Part shown: one piece after another, positions 1 through 13,400 of the stretch
How positions within the stretch are numbered: position 1 is the first letter of the stretch
How the letters are laid out: every line of letters starts with the position of its first letter
Assembly (NCBI RefSeq): GCF_021869535.1
Contig: NW_026262637.1
Location: 7,254,001 to 7,318,000, forward strand
Direction: 5' to 3'
DNA length: 64,000 bases
Source: Mytilus californianus
Taxonomy: Eukaryota
Program-made: the position numbers and the translations under genes
Notes under the pieces: generated by a model
What the model was told of the DNA's origin: nothing
Database searches by the model: none
What the model saw: only the letters and a program-made list of their open reading frames with translations

Positions 1-1254
1 TACTCGTATCGTCCATCCTGTTAATAACCAAATGAGTATATACTCAAATGGTCCGGAACAAAATTTATCACGTATAGCAGACCAATATTTCATTGATCAA
101 CTCAAAACGAGATGAATACTTTTAACTGAAATGAATCTGTCTCAAGTATTCGACGTACCTACTTGCCTGACATGAATGAGTAGAAATACAAATACTATCC
201 TAAAATCAAAAAAGCTTTCTTGGTATAAACATTTAGTCGTAAAAGTTAAACATCTGAATTGTTCTTAATATGGAATTGAAATTCATTTAGTTTCATTGCA
301 TTGCAATTTATTTCAGCTTCCAAAATTGTACTTTAAAGAACAATTGTTTACAAATCATGTCTGTCGTGATCTTAGAAAACTGTCTTTTCAATTGTCGAAA
401 TTGGATAGAGAAACGTAACACTTAAAAACGGTTTTTAATTGATTACGTTAATGGTATGTTGGTTAACCCGAACAGCTAAAGCTCAACTGATACTTTTTTG
501 AAAATACCGTTTTTGTAAGATTTTACAAGGTTTTGAGTTTGTTCATATAAAATGTTTCGTAAGCAATTCAGGATATTTGTTTGTAGATTAATTCACCGTT
601 GCTTTTTCAGTGCGATATGACATTTAAAAACTCAAGATGGTTAAAAGTACAAAAATGCCTCATTTGTCGAAATGTCGAGGGTACATTAATGTCGATTTAC
701 GCTATAACGTAATGGTTCAATCTGTCTGATGAATCTTGATTAGAAAAGTAAAATATTCTCGTCCACTTCTCTGGGGGCCTCTAAAAGTGATTTGCAGGCC
801 TTTCTCATGCAACTAAGAATACTAAATCAGAGGACAGCCAAACAGGAACTTCGATGTCTTGATTGAAATGCAACCAGTGATGTGCGGCGTCATCATTGTT
901 CATTTCAAATAGATAAAATGATGATTATAGACAGGTTCAAAACGGTTAACCTGGAAAACTAGCTTATACTAATGTGGTCATTGTTTTCTTGTTCCTTTGC
1001 GGTTTGTTGTTGAATAATTTTTGTAGTCGTATAACAAGATGATATATAATGAACTATTAATGCAGGTTTTGTTGCGGCTACTCTTTGTTTTGAGTGCTGT
1101 GTTCCTGATACAATTAAGGCGACAGTAGTTTACCGATGCTCAAATCTCGTAAATCGATTAAAAATGTTACAATGGAGAACAGGACACAACCAGTAAAAAA
1201 CAGATCAGACGACTTTACTGGTATTTATATTTCTAAGACCCTGGAAACATGTCA

Positions 1255-1580
1255 CTAGTGAACATCGTTTCGGTCAACCAACTTGTGAAGGTGATCGCAA
1301 AACTTCTATAGTGTCAATTGTAGCTATTCTTCCTCATAACTCTGTTGGAGCAGTGTTTGTGTACGGAACACACTCCTGTTTATGAAGTCCATATAGTGTG
1401 AGCCTGCACGATTGCAACTTATTGACTAAACATCATTCCATGGATTAGAGGGTATGTTACTGCTAAATAATGATGGGAAGTTGACATTTGCACATTTGAA
1501 ATCATCACGTTTGTCATAGATTCAAATTTGAAGTCGTCCATCTGTGTCAATGTCGAGGAAAAGATCTAGATTTCCTCAAG
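1255..1580 (-). mobile_element. Decayed Penelope-like element RT fragment (LYDKRDDF-type family, different from the intact PLE at 28 kb)
   Basis: Manual minus-strand translation gives DLFLDIDTDGRLQI*IYDKRDDFKCANVNFP-SSNIP...RAGSHYMDFINRSVFRTQTLLQQSYEEE*...KFCDHLHKLVDR. This matches the PLE RT C-terminal/thumb consensus YLDL..IDNEGRL.TKLYDKRDDF.F.IVNFP.LSSNIP. Stops and frameshifts are present. Confidence 0.7.
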
Positions 1581-2051
1581 CGGATTTTTTACCCCCGTAG
1601 AACCCTTAATCTCAAGTTTACTGGAACATAAGATAAAAGCACTCAATGCAATGATGGTTTAGAAAATTTCTTCAGTGGTGCGAGTTTGTAGTATTTTTTT
1701 TCGAGTGGTGCAAATTCGGTCTCTGTGTGACACGGGTGATCCGAGAAAGGAGGAATTTACTAAGAGAAGAAGAAAACAATCTAATGATTAAACACATTTC
1801 TTCGAGTTTGTTATATTTCTTTGTTTTGAGTGGTGCGAGTTGGCTGTGGGTCGAGTTGTCGGGCAGTACGTCGACTGAGCATGCGCGAAAGCGTATATGA
1901 CACGGATCGATAACGGTCTCCGAATTTGGATATTTTCTCAAAAACTGGCGTTTTCTGTGGAAAAAAAATTGTTTCAAAGACAAATTTAGGAAGTACAAAT
2001 CACTACATTTATACGTCATATCACAAATATTTCCGACTTTGTATGGTTTCA

Positions 2052-2092
<41 letters not shown>

Positions 2093-2095
<3 letters not shown>

Positions 2096-3255
2096 GTAGG
2101 ACTCTAAAGTGCGATGGTACTCTAAAGTGCGATGGTTACGCTGAAGTGCGATGGTCTACGCTAAAATACGATGGTGTCTCAAGCTAAAGTGCGATGGTTG
2201 TTTGTTTGATAAAGTGCGATGGTATAGCACGCTAAAGTGCGATGGTTGCTTGTTTGCTAAAGTACGATGGTAAAGCACGCTAAAGTGCGATAAAACAATA
2301 TGGTACGGTTCGAGGGCTTAAAACATTAAAGTACATGGATGTTTAAAGAAAGTCTTTTTGCAAAAGCTAGTATGCTAAGGTATTACATATAGTGTGATAG
2401 GATTTATGATTTACCGTTAGGTTATGTGATTGTTTTTAAATTTAGAAGATTGACCACGTAATAATTGCAAAAAAAGGTAATTAAGGTGTCACAAAAATAA
2501 TATATTTCCCGTAAATGAATTTTTAACAATTCGGGCGTATTGGATAATTGATGTACTAGTAGCTTGCCGTTCACACACGGTCTAATGTGAACACCTCCCC
2601 TTACAGTTTAAGTAACATTAATTTGTATAAGCTTTAATTTAGACGCAAGAGAAAGGCGGTGTTCGCCGAGCTCTCCCCTTTTTCGTAGCGAGTACAAATA
2701 CATGCTATATTTTACTACAATGTACAAACTAATGTTTGAGCCGACATTTATAATTTACCCTTGAAAACATGTACTTTTATTTTACCGACGTTACTTTTCA
2801 ATAAAATAGACAGTATTTTTACGGGGACCGCAATTAGTAAACAATGATTTAAATGTATCTGTTCGCTTCCAAAAGAAGCGGGATACAGGATACTTATGGG
2901 TATACTATTTTGTATCTATATAGCAAAAATGGTCGACTGCAGGATACAAGTCCTTCCATCACCCGAAAAAAACCCACATTTGCTTCAGCCGACAAAGCAC
3001 GTTTAGGTTTAATTTAATTAAGTCATGGACATTTGGTTTAAAAGTTGTTAATCAAATATTTTTGATTTATCTTCCCACATGTTCATTTTTAGTTTGTATA
3101 AACGACTGTTAACGTCATAATCCAACTACGTTTCTTACGTCTATACTTTCGCGGACTATCGGACTTTAGCGTGTGGATGCATCGCACTTTAGCACAAACC
3201 ATCGCACTTTAGCGTGACCATCGTTCTTTAGCGTCCCCATCGCACTTCAGAGTCC

Positions 3256-3261
<6 letters not shown>
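2093..3261. mobile_element. Non-autonomous TIR element (MITE) with subterminal repeat arrays
   Basis: Ends are TA-tgtaggactct... and ...agagtcctaca-TA. About 9 copies of taaagtgcgatgg at 2104-2292 and about 4-5 inverted copies (ccatcgcacttta) at 3160-3250. The right end abuts a (TA)n run. Confidence 0.8.

Positions 3262-3292
<31 letters not shown>
3260..3292. repeat. (TA)n microsatellite
   Basis: Direct reading. Confidence 0.95.
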
Positions 3293-3295
<3 letters not shown>

Positions 3296-3841
3296 GTTGT
3301 CCTGGTCAGCTGGTATTATTACGACTGCAATGTCTTGGAAGTTTCGGTGATTTCTAAGATACAAGAATTTAGATTTGATATATTCTTGTGGGAATGTCTA
3401 ATATTTAGTACATTATGGATGAATGGATGAAATAACTTTAAATCTTTGATGTAATGCAATTAGTATGTTATGTTTTGTTTTATCTAGCTTGAAGCATTGA
3501 GATTTTTAAAGATGAATAACGTTTTAACGTCGTCTGAAAATTAATAGTCTTTGATTTTGCCACGACATCTTCCTATATGAATTTATTACTTCTCATGAAT
3601 TAGGTGTTAACATTTTCAGTCTATGAATTTCTAAATGGATTTGTTTGTTTGCATATTATCGCAAACGTTTGCTCAAACAATGGAAACGATTACAGTGAAG
3701 AGCTAGGTAACTTAGATAATGCTGTTATATATTTGTGTACATTTAGTATACAGTGAACTTTGTTAGTGGTTGTAAATATTTCTGTCTGCTTTATTATTGT
3801 CAATTTGTATGTAGGATGTTGTGTTGATTTTAAGATATTCA

Positions 3842-3995
3842 AGAGAGGCGGAGGATACCAAATGAATAACCAAACTCATAAGTCGATGATAAACTGACAT
3901 TTCATGGCAAAAAAAAATGATCAAAAGACATAACAGTCTACGAAACACAAAAAAGAAAACTAAAGACTGTGCAACACAACCCCATCAAAAACCGG
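3842..3995 (+). repeat. Short dispersed repeat family A
   Basis: aagagag..gatacca..caaactcata.gtcga...catggcaaaaa...aaaactaaagactg.gcaacac is shared with 14968-15175 (+) and 8125-8290 (-). Confidence 0.65.
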
Positions 3996-5660
3996 ACTGA
4001 TCTAAAATTGATTCATGTGTAATACTTCTAGGAAGAGATAACTCTCTATTTTGAAGTGACCATTTGATATTTATTGTCGATTATTATGTAGTATCGTGCA
4101 ACACCTCATGAACATATACTCTCAACATTGCCTAAATAGATTAGCTGAATTAAACACATTTTGAAGCGACAAAAAAAAAAAAAAAAAAAAAAATAGAAGA
4201 GATCACAATATCATGTAACATAATAGTTTTTTTAATTTACATCATATCAAAATATCGTTCTGTATTTCTTTCCATATAAGTTTTCGACATAGTAGCTGTT
4301 TTTCAACATAACAAACGTACTGCCGACATTAATTTTGTCCAACTAAATTAGCTATTAATCAATAGCAAAAAAAAAAAAACACTAACAGCTTAAACGGAAT
4401 TCAACTTCAATACCATGAAGCGTTTTAAAGTGGTGACATGTCTTCTTTCTCTGTTAGCAATTTTTCACCTTATCACTTTGCAATGCAATTTAATACAAAT
4501 GTGATTGATAAAAACCAGAAATTCAGGAAGGGTTAACATAATTATTTCGCATGCAGTAATGATCTTTAGAATTGATTTTTAATTAAACCGAGTCTCTTGT
4601 TAAAGTCAGTAAAAGCCGTGTGAGAGCCGGCAACAAAAGACGAAATATGTCATCATAAACAAGAAAATATCATAGCTACTCCTGCAATGCGTGATGATAC
4701 CAACTAAACTATTACCTTGACAGAATAATTATACTGTTCAAACCATTTTCTTTTAACATGAAAGTACTGTTTTTGGTACAATATTTTGGAATTTAACTTT
4801 TAAAATGTTAACGCTTTACATGGATATCGTGCTCGTGTATGTATGCTAGAAACAAGAAATTAAAATCTAAAAATAGGTAAAAAGATTAAAATATTCGAGA
4901 AAACATTACATTTCGGCATCTCTGAGCCATTTATAAGTTAGAATTCGGTATGAGTTTTTCGCATTGTTGAATATCCTACGGTGATCTGTATTTCTTCACA
5001 TCCTTGTCCATTGGTCATTTATGGACAAGAGTTGTCTCATTGACAGTCATAAAACATTAGACATACCATACAGAAAGCTATAAAAGGCAACCGGATGTCA
5101 AAATGTGAAATAATTCTACAGAAATCCAATTGATAGTGGTATAATAGTACAACATTATAACGAAGATGATTACTTCAAATATCGAAAGATCAGTAGAGTA
5201 ATAAGTTTTCAGATATTATTCCAAAGATAAAATGATAAGTTTAACTTAATAGGTAATACCATAAATCGACAAAGAACTATTTATGATAACGTGGTATGTA
5301 TGGAGATACTCTGTAATTGTATTGATAAAGTAACCAGATTTGACTAGATGGTATCAGCTACATAATAGCTAGGTTTATTTCGCATATAATTTGAAAGGTT
5401 AAAGTAGTATAGATAGGAATTACCAAAATAAAATGCGTATACATTGTTATAGGTTAGACTTCTGAAATGTTAAAAAAAAAGAATAAAAATCTGGTGAACT
5501 TTGAAATGATTTATTATTGAAAAGAAAATAAGTTTATCTGCCTCTTAGTGTAGAAATGCTTTTACGCTATTAACACTGTTGTCTTTTTAACTTGTATTAT
5601 GTCTGAAATCTGACAAATATGAAAAGTTTGTTCAAAATTTACTACTGGATGTGATCGCGG

Positions 5661-5760
5661 TCCACCTACTATGGTATAGACTAGTGGACTAGCAATCCAC
5701 CTACTATGATATAGACCCATTGGACTAGCTGTTCACCTATTACGGTTTAGTCCTAGTTAA
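5661..5760. repeat. 35-bp minisatellite, about 3 diverged copies
   Basis: tccacctactatg.tatagac...tggactagc at 5661, 5696 and about 5732. Confidence 0.7.
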
Positions 5761-6785
5761 CAAAACAAAATAAAACATACAAATGTCTTGTATGTATCCA
5801 ATTTCAATTACTGATTTGATCTACACCAGGAATGATCATGGACAAAATGGGAAAGCAAGAGATAATTAAATTCCAAACGAAGTAATATCACCACAGATGA
5901 TTATACAAAAATGGGTAAAACCTTCCAAGATCACTTTTTTTTCTGAGCTATTTGCAACCATATTGCTTGTTAAAGATGATTTTGTTAATGGGTTCAGTTA
6001 AGATGGCATCTAACCAGTTTTAACCTACAGTTTGAATTTCAGTCTCGTTTGTCATTTACCCTGCACCCGTTCACCTGCTATTTAGAGTGCATACGGTTTC
6101 TGTAGATTGTTTTCTCTTATTTGTATATTCAAAATGTTTTTTCCAGTTTTTGTCACCAGAAACAGCACTTGTCCTTATTATAAAACCATATTTGTTAGGT
6201 ACGGTTTCATTGTCGTTTATTCTCATGACAACCATATTGTCTAGGTTTAGTTCTCGTTACTTTTTTGTCTTCTCAATACCATATAGTTTAGGGTTCGTCC
6301 TTATTGCCGTTTATCATGTTTTATTACCCAATTGGTTCAGATTCAATATCGTTGTCTTCAATTTCTTGATAATTTTGTATGGAATTATCCTATATCATTT
6401 CCTGATTATTACGTGGATTAGTAGTCATGCAGTGTCATTAAGGTCGTTTGTAAACCCATAATTTGAAGACCAGTAAGTACTGTTTGTGTCTGTTTTTTCA
6501 GTAATTGACAAACATTAGCTCTGTAATTAGAATCGGTTAAGGAAATATCAAATATCCAGGAAATCTACTATCAATTTAATAAATAATATGAGTGGTCGTT
6601 TAGAGGAATTGAATGTTGAAACAATGCCAATATGCAATTACAAATAGATTTGATATACATGTTTTTGATCTTTTGAAGTAAATATTTAATATTGATGCCA
6701 TTATATAAAGTCCCCCATGGTTATCCAGGAAATAGTACAAATGTATCAACTACATTATTATAATGTGATTGAGTACAAAAATTAC

Positions 6786-7678
6786 ACATACAAATCAAAA
6801 TAAACGAAAGTTAGGTAATCGCACGAACTCAGTAAAAATTCACAATAGGGAATGGGACACAACTGTTAAAATCAAACAGTTATTTTAAAGTCTCAGACTA
6901 AACGAGTATATTATGTTCATTTTAAAAAATTAGATAAAACATAAGACGTGATGTTACTGTTTGTCGAACAATTACCTGCATGAGACGCAATGATGAACAT
7001 CAACTAATCTCTGTGTTAAGTTTTTTGAATGTTTTGTTTAGTTCCTTTTGTTTGACTCTCTATGTATAGTTTCATTAGAGATAACGTCAATACAAAAGGA
7101 ACGATTCATTGACAATAACAACACAAAGTTACGGACAAGTTATATGCATCCAATACAATTGTATTATTCAATGCAAGGTATGATTTACTGGTTTGTACTG
7201 TTGATTGAAGAATCATTCCATAGGAAGAATTGGTGTGGTCCTAAACTGTATGAAAAATCAAATTCCTCATATTAAAAGAAATTTCGCAAAAGAATTATAT
7301 AAGAAAGAGATGCCACAAGTTATTTGATATAATTTTTGTTCATAAACATAATATGTCAAACTCTAATCTAAATGTAATGATCAAAATGCACTTACATATA
7401 ACTAGGATAGTTCGTTAGTCTGTGCTTGTCATTTGATTGTGACCGGAAGTGAGTATTCTCTGTAACTAAAGACTGAATTCAATACACACAAGTTTTACGG
7501 TCATCGTCACGAATTTGTTGCACGATACGATGTGTCTGGAATCCCGAGAAACATGTTTAGTCTGAGACTTAAGAATAATTGTTTGATTTGCAAATTTAAC
7601 AGTTGTGTCCCATTCCCTATTGTGACATTTTGATCGTTCGTGCGATTACCTCATGTTCGTTTATTCAGATTTGTATGT
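6786..7678. mobile_element. Element with ~90-bp terminal inverted repeats (MITE/foldback-like)
   Basis: 6786-6875 (acatacaaatc...ggtaatcgcacgaac...cacaatagggaatgggacacaactgttaaa) is the reverse complement of 7590-7678, with a few mismatches. No clear TSD. Confidence 0.7.
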
Positions 7679-8124
7679 TGAAAAAGATTTACAGGTTTTG
7701 AACATCGATATTATACTCTTATTCAGCCAAGTAATCAAAAATGATCAAAAAACGTCAGTGTTTGCTAGAGGATTTCTGCGTACAGGATAAAATGTTGAAC
7801 CAAACGTTCATATTTGTAGTTTGTAGGCAACGGTTGTTAATCGATGTTCACACATCAAGAAAACAAACAAAAATGAGAGAATTGCATGAATTCCAAAACG
7901 AATAAGACCAGGTACAGCGACAGGATAAAGTCATCTATTCGGAAATTTAATGAAAGTTTAACGGAAACAATCATCATTTGGTTGACCGTTGTAGAAAATT
8001 ATGTGTTGCAGATGACAACTATCACGTCTTCATTTCCTCGATATAAATCAAAGCTTTGTTTTTTTGAGACGTACATAATTTGTATTTGTCATTGTGAACA
8101 TTAACACGAAAAATACAACTAGTG

Positions 8125-8290
8125 AAACAGAAACAGGTTACCCTTCCGGAGCATCTAACTTCGAGTTGTTCAATCTTTAGTTTTCTGTATAAATTTTCGT
8201 TGACTGTTGTCTTTTTGGCTATGATATAGTCTGTATTGTCTCGATTTGAGCTTTTTGAATGCTTCTTGGTATCTGTTCCATCTTTTCTGT
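8125..8290 (-). repeat. Short dispersed repeat family A (reverse orientation)
   Basis: acccttccggagca...caatctttagttttct is the reverse complement of the motif in 15060-15140. Confidence 0.6.
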
Positions 8291-8819
8291 TGCGTTTTTT
8301 GTTTTTTTGTTTTTGCATATTTGAGGATTAATCTTTATGTGAAAGCTTAAAGTCAACTCTTAACAGCATAAAGAGATTAAAATAAGTAGAACTTTATGAT
8401 TAAAAGGAGGATGATAGATGGTCAAGGAGAAGTAATAATATTGATTATTAAAAAGAATATCAGAAGGCCATCAAGTAGGTATTAACGGTACTACAATCTG
8501 CCGATATCTTTATTTATGCTTTACACAAGGTCATGTTTTTCTCTGACTAATAATGACGTCTTTACACTAAATCCATTGGATGTTAGATGTGTACTGATTG
8601 ATATTTAATCTTAGATACATGATTTTAATTATCTGTCAGTAACTGCAAGTACTCTCCGATCAATATTTGGTGTCTTTTTTTTTGTTGTTAGGGATGAGGG
8701 ATGGATAATTACCCTGCCATGTCCGGTCTGTGCTTTTGTTTGATATTTTTCTGCTTTGTATCGATCTAATGAGTTAAGCCTTTTTCAGGTGATTTTTATA
8801 CTTTGTTCTTATGTTGTTC

Positions 8820-9175
8820 TGTTACATCACTGTCCCAGGTTGGGGAAGGGTTTAGCGCTCACGAACATGTTTAACCCCGCCACATTCTTTATGTGCCTGT
8901 CCCAAGTCATGAGCCTGTAGTTCAGTGGTTTTCGTTGGTTCTTATCTGTCATATTTGTTTTCGTAAATTGCTTTGTTATACATTAGGCCGTTAGTTTTTT
9001 TAATTGAATTGTTTCATATTTTCATGTCGGGGACTTTTATAGCCGACTGTACGGTATGGGTTTTTCTCATTGTTGAATGCCGTACGGTTGCCTATAATTG
9101 CTTACATCCACTTTATTATAACTTTGGTGGATAGTTGTCTCATTGGCAATCATAACACATCTCCTTATTTTTATA
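8820..9175 (-). repeat. Dispersed repeat family B (ttgtctcattggcaatcatacc.catct end; cctgtcccaagtcaggagcc core)
   Basis: The same end or core motifs recur at 4960-5060, 10740-10960, 11730-11790, 14745-14845, 32120-32190, 43200-43810, 47520-47575, 58955-59000 and 63140-63400. Confidence 0.75.
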
Positions 9176-9459
9176 TACTAAAAATGATAGAAACTTTCTT
9201 TTCTTGAGGAATAGTGCAAATGTGTTAATTGCTGACAACCGAGTGATGTTTTTGTTGCAGACATATAAATTCTTCGATCCAATTTTTTATTATCAGCAAT
9301 TTATTTCATAAACGTAAAGTTCCGAAAATTTTATTCGATCGCAATAAAATGTAAACATGAAAACCGAATTGGAAGTGACATAGAAAGGTTAACTTTTGTG
9401 CTCTTCAATATCGAATAGTATCTCAAAATGTCTCAATCAAATTTAAAATTGGTTTTTGT

Positions 9460-9960
9460 TCAATTAGTACACAGAAAATTAGATAAAAAAAAATGAGAAA
9501 ACGGCTTTCATCAAAATACTTTCAGAAAAAATAAGAAAACAACCATCATCAAAATAGTACACAGAAAATAAAAAAGAAGAAACCAATCGTCATCAAAACA
9601 CTTCACAGAAAACTCCAAAAATGGGAAAATAGCAGCAAATCAAAATAGTACACTTAATATTAGAAAATAAACGTCATAAAAACAGTTCACAGAAAACAAA
9701 TAAATGGGAAACAAACCGTTATGAACATACTACACAACAAATGTTAAAAATTGAAATCAACAGTCATCAAAATAGTACCCAGAAATGAAAAAACAGCCGT
9801 CATCAAAATGCTACAAAGAAAGTAAAGAAATGAGAAACCATTCGTCATGAAAACACTTTACAGAAAATAAGGAAATGAAAAAACAACCGTCATCAAAACA
9901 CTACAGAGAAAATTAAAAATATACAACAGTTATCTAAATATTAAACAGAACAAAAATTGA
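9460..9960. repeat. Degenerate A-rich tandem repeat (~45-55-bp unit)
   Basis: Recurring catcaaaa(t/c)a(g/c)ta/tt(c)acagaaaa motif about 10 times. Confidence 0.6.
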
Positions 9961-10012
9961 GAAACTTGAACCCCAATTTGAGACCCCAAAAAAGACAATA
10001 CAAATATTAGTC

Positions 10013-10185
10013 GCTGTGTGTAACTAATGTAACTTAGGGATGTGTTTTGACGTCAGCCGCTGTGTGTATCTAATGTAACTTATGGATGTGTTTTGACGTC
10101 AGCCACTGTGTGTAACTATGTAACTTAGGGATGTGTTTTGACGTCAGCTGATGTGTGTAACTAATGTAACTTAGGGATGTGTGCG
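10013..10185. repeat. 46-bp minisatellite, about 3.7 copies
   Basis: gctgtgtgtaactaatgtaacttagggatgtgttttgacgtcagcc; starts at 10013 and 10059. Confidence 0.9.
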
Positions 10186-10271
10186 AACCATGACACATTA
10201 GTTTTCATTTATCAAATATCACGCTACAAAACCTGACATTATGGCAATGCAAAATATACAATGAGCACATT

Positions 10272-10475
10272 AACATTTAACACACAGCAATTGGTAGAAT
10301 AAATAGGTCATGTTTATCAAAAATACTTAACACACAGCAACTGGTGGAATAAATAGGCCATGGTTGTCAAAAACACCAAACATAAATTAACTGATGGAAT
10401 AAAAACAAATCTTGATAGTCAAAAACACTTAACACACATCAACTGGTGGAATAAAAAGGTCGTGGTTGTCAAAAA
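10272..10475. repeat. ~50-bp minisatellite, 4 diverged copies
   Basis: ttaacacacagcaactggtggaataaataggtcatggttgtcaaaaa.ac repeated. Confidence 0.75.
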
Positions 10476-13400
10476 GATAGTAAAGATCTATTTGTAGAAC
10501 TGAAAGTGCGCAGGTATTGAAATTTTAAAATGGCAATGACAAGTTATTCAATGCATATATCTTTATAGAAATAAAATCTACAAAAATATACTTAAATATA
10601 CGTTTTACTTAATTCTTTTAGTGATACAAAGATTTGGTTTTGAAATTTGGATATACCTGTAGAATTCGTATTATAAAAGTGATACGACATCCTATTTTTT
10701 TTAAAAGCATGTGAATTTAAAAACGACCCATTCTATATTCGCCTGTTCCAAGCCAGGCAGGTGCTTGTAACTGAGTGGTTGTCGTTTGTTGCTGTCTGTT
10801 ATATATTGGTTTTTCGTGTATGATTTTGTAATAAAGCCGTTGGGTTTTTTTGGGGTTTATTTTCGTTTTAATTTTTTCACATTACCCACAGTTGCTTAAA
10901 TCAATGTCGTTTAGACTCTGTTTGACAGTTGTCTCATTGGCAACCATACTAAATCTCAATATCTTATATAAATTGTCTTTTTAACTTACTACTAATTTTT
11001 TGGGTAATTTTAAAAGTATAAGCAATACATCAATCGGGTAAATTAATATTACGTCAGTAAAGTAAAATTATAGTAAACAAATGAATCAGGGAAGGAGTAG
11101 AGATATAAATCATATTTTGTTTTTGAGGCGTATATAATTATTTTTCTCTGTTGACAATAACGATGATTATCTATTAAGATAAGAACATTCTCTAGGGAGG
11201 AACGAATGTCGCATGGTCTGTAATCAGACGTCCTGCAATACATGATAGCAGCATACTGTGTGGTTTAATCACACAACATTAACGGGGACTCCTTCTTGAA
11301 TCTGAATTGTATCTCCAAAACATACTTTTTAGTCGGGAGATTGACAAATAAAGAAACCAATTGCGCATGTTTTCTGTAACTTTAATGTACCAATTGTCTA
11401 GCTATCAATGTGAACGGTGAACACTTTTCATGTTACTGTTAACAAAACATATCAACGATACTAGTATATACTCCGGTGGAAATTTTGCCTGTGTTTTGAG
11501 TAACTGTGTATGAAAATTCCTACCCGAGTTCTCGAGTACTCGAGTACTCGTTGCCAACCCTATTATTCATATATAATGAACAATACCTAAATAATCATTC
11601 AATCCTTAAATGTCAAACACCTGTATTAACAAAAGGAGATTTTACTGATTGAATGGAATTACACATAATAACTACAACTCCAATGTACCAATATTTAAAT
11701 ATCATTTCAGTAAATATAAGAATAAGAAGACGTGATACGATTGCCAATGAGACAACTCTCCACCAGAGATCAAATGACATAGAAGTAAATAACACTTGTA
11801 ATAACCTAATTAATCATTAATCAGAGGCGTAATGAAGATATAAATCAAAGCTTTGTTTTTTTGAGGCGTACATAATCATATTTCCTGACGTACTTCAGGT
11901 GCTGACAGTCTAATTGAGCTGAAGGAGCTTGGTAGAGTTGCTTGGATATAAAAACTAATAATCTACTGTAATACTGTATTAGTGGACATAGCGTCGCTAA
12001 TATTTTGAGTTATTGAACTTGACAGATAAAAGTGTTTAGAAATGTTCCATATGATGCATTAGTCACGTGTAAGAACATGTGGCACATATAGCGACTTTCC
12101 ATTAGAATTAAATCCCTCAAATTAATCAAGTTAAAAAGTTTATATTTATGTTAGTAATCTTTGGAAGTTAAATACTGATCATTACAAGTTTAGCATTCTT
12201 CGGTGATTTTATTTATTGTTTATTTGTTGTCATCCTTAATATGCAAGCAACAAGTGTGACAAGACGTTAAGCAAGCAAGAATCAATGAATGAACCAAATC
12301 CGTTGATGTGTAATATATCCAGTTATGAGTCAAAATATCAAAATAAAATCACCGAGGAATGCCAAACTGGTAATGATCAGGAAATTTGGACGTCAAGTAG
12401 AAAATAATGGTTTGTTGGTAAGATCGCTCATTTTGCAGTGTGACAGGTCTATTTGACAATATCTTAATACGAGTGTATCATAAATATTACACTGGTGTTT
12501 AAGGATTAATGCGCATTCATTTGAATTAAATGTTCACTGTGTCAATTGTTGTCTGTTGTTCACATATGATATGCAAGTTGTTGTTTTTGTTTTCTGTTAG
12601 CTTAATGGAAATGTTGGTTGGGTTTTGAACTATTACTTTTGTGCATTTCCTATATTTTTTTCTTTGATTTTTATGTCTTTAATTTAATGAGTGTGATATT
12701 AATAAACTATTCTATTTAAAACTGGTTTGTTGCTACCTTTAACTTTAAAAAAACTTCATTTGTTATTCCAAAATAATGTAGAATATGTAATTTAGCAGAT
12801 GTAATTTGAAAAAAAATTGAAGGTTTGAAGTACAACTTAATCGTGGATATGTTTAAATAATGCATCATCCTAAACGATAAAAACTCGAAGACATCTATTG
12901 TTAGTTTCCTTTTGGTCATAAAGGCCGTGTTTGTTCTTATACATCCTTGGCTTCCAAATATTTGGGTTGGGTCGTTTGTAATGAAGGTAAATCTAGAAAA
13001 ATTGCTTCGGACGTACGGAATGATCAAAGTATTAAACTAACACATCTAGACGTAAGAATATGGTAGTTAACAATAATGTATCTACACGATGTTTCAAACT
13101 CTTAATCTAAGTCTGCCACAAAAATGAATAGATTCGACTATCCAAGGCCTACCATCAAACCCAAATTCACTCAATAGAATTACTATATAGCTTAAGACGA
13201 CCGCTATGATGACGTTTCTGATATTTAACATTCACATGAATATGTTGGGGAATTGCACTGTTTCGGTTTTTTTTTATAATGCATGCAGGCTTACACATTA
13301 ATGCAAACACAGTTCAAACACTAATGTTTTTCTACCACCAGTTATAAATGCCCATACCAAGATTTGGCAAAACGGTTTAACTTTGTTGATTGATTTGACC

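Noticed and set aside
1672-2067. 131-aa minus ORF
   Set aside because: No recognisable domain; overlaps repeat-like gagtggtgcgagtt motifs.
2101-2292. CRISPR-like look (conserved motif with variable spacers); also the other regular arrays
   Set aside because: The repeat is 13 bp with 7-13-nt spacers, mirrored at the other end of a TIR element. The context is eukaryotic with no cas genes, and the other arrays lack unique spacers.
6087-6461. 124-aa hydrophobic ORF resembling a membrane protein
   Set aside because: GTG start, T-rich compositional artefact, no motif or splice support.
11899-11935. Exon-like segment ttcag|GADSLIELKELG as a knottin propeptide exon
   Set aside because: It ends in phase 1 with a weak donor, incompatible with the phase-2 terminal exon unless another exon exists; no independent support.
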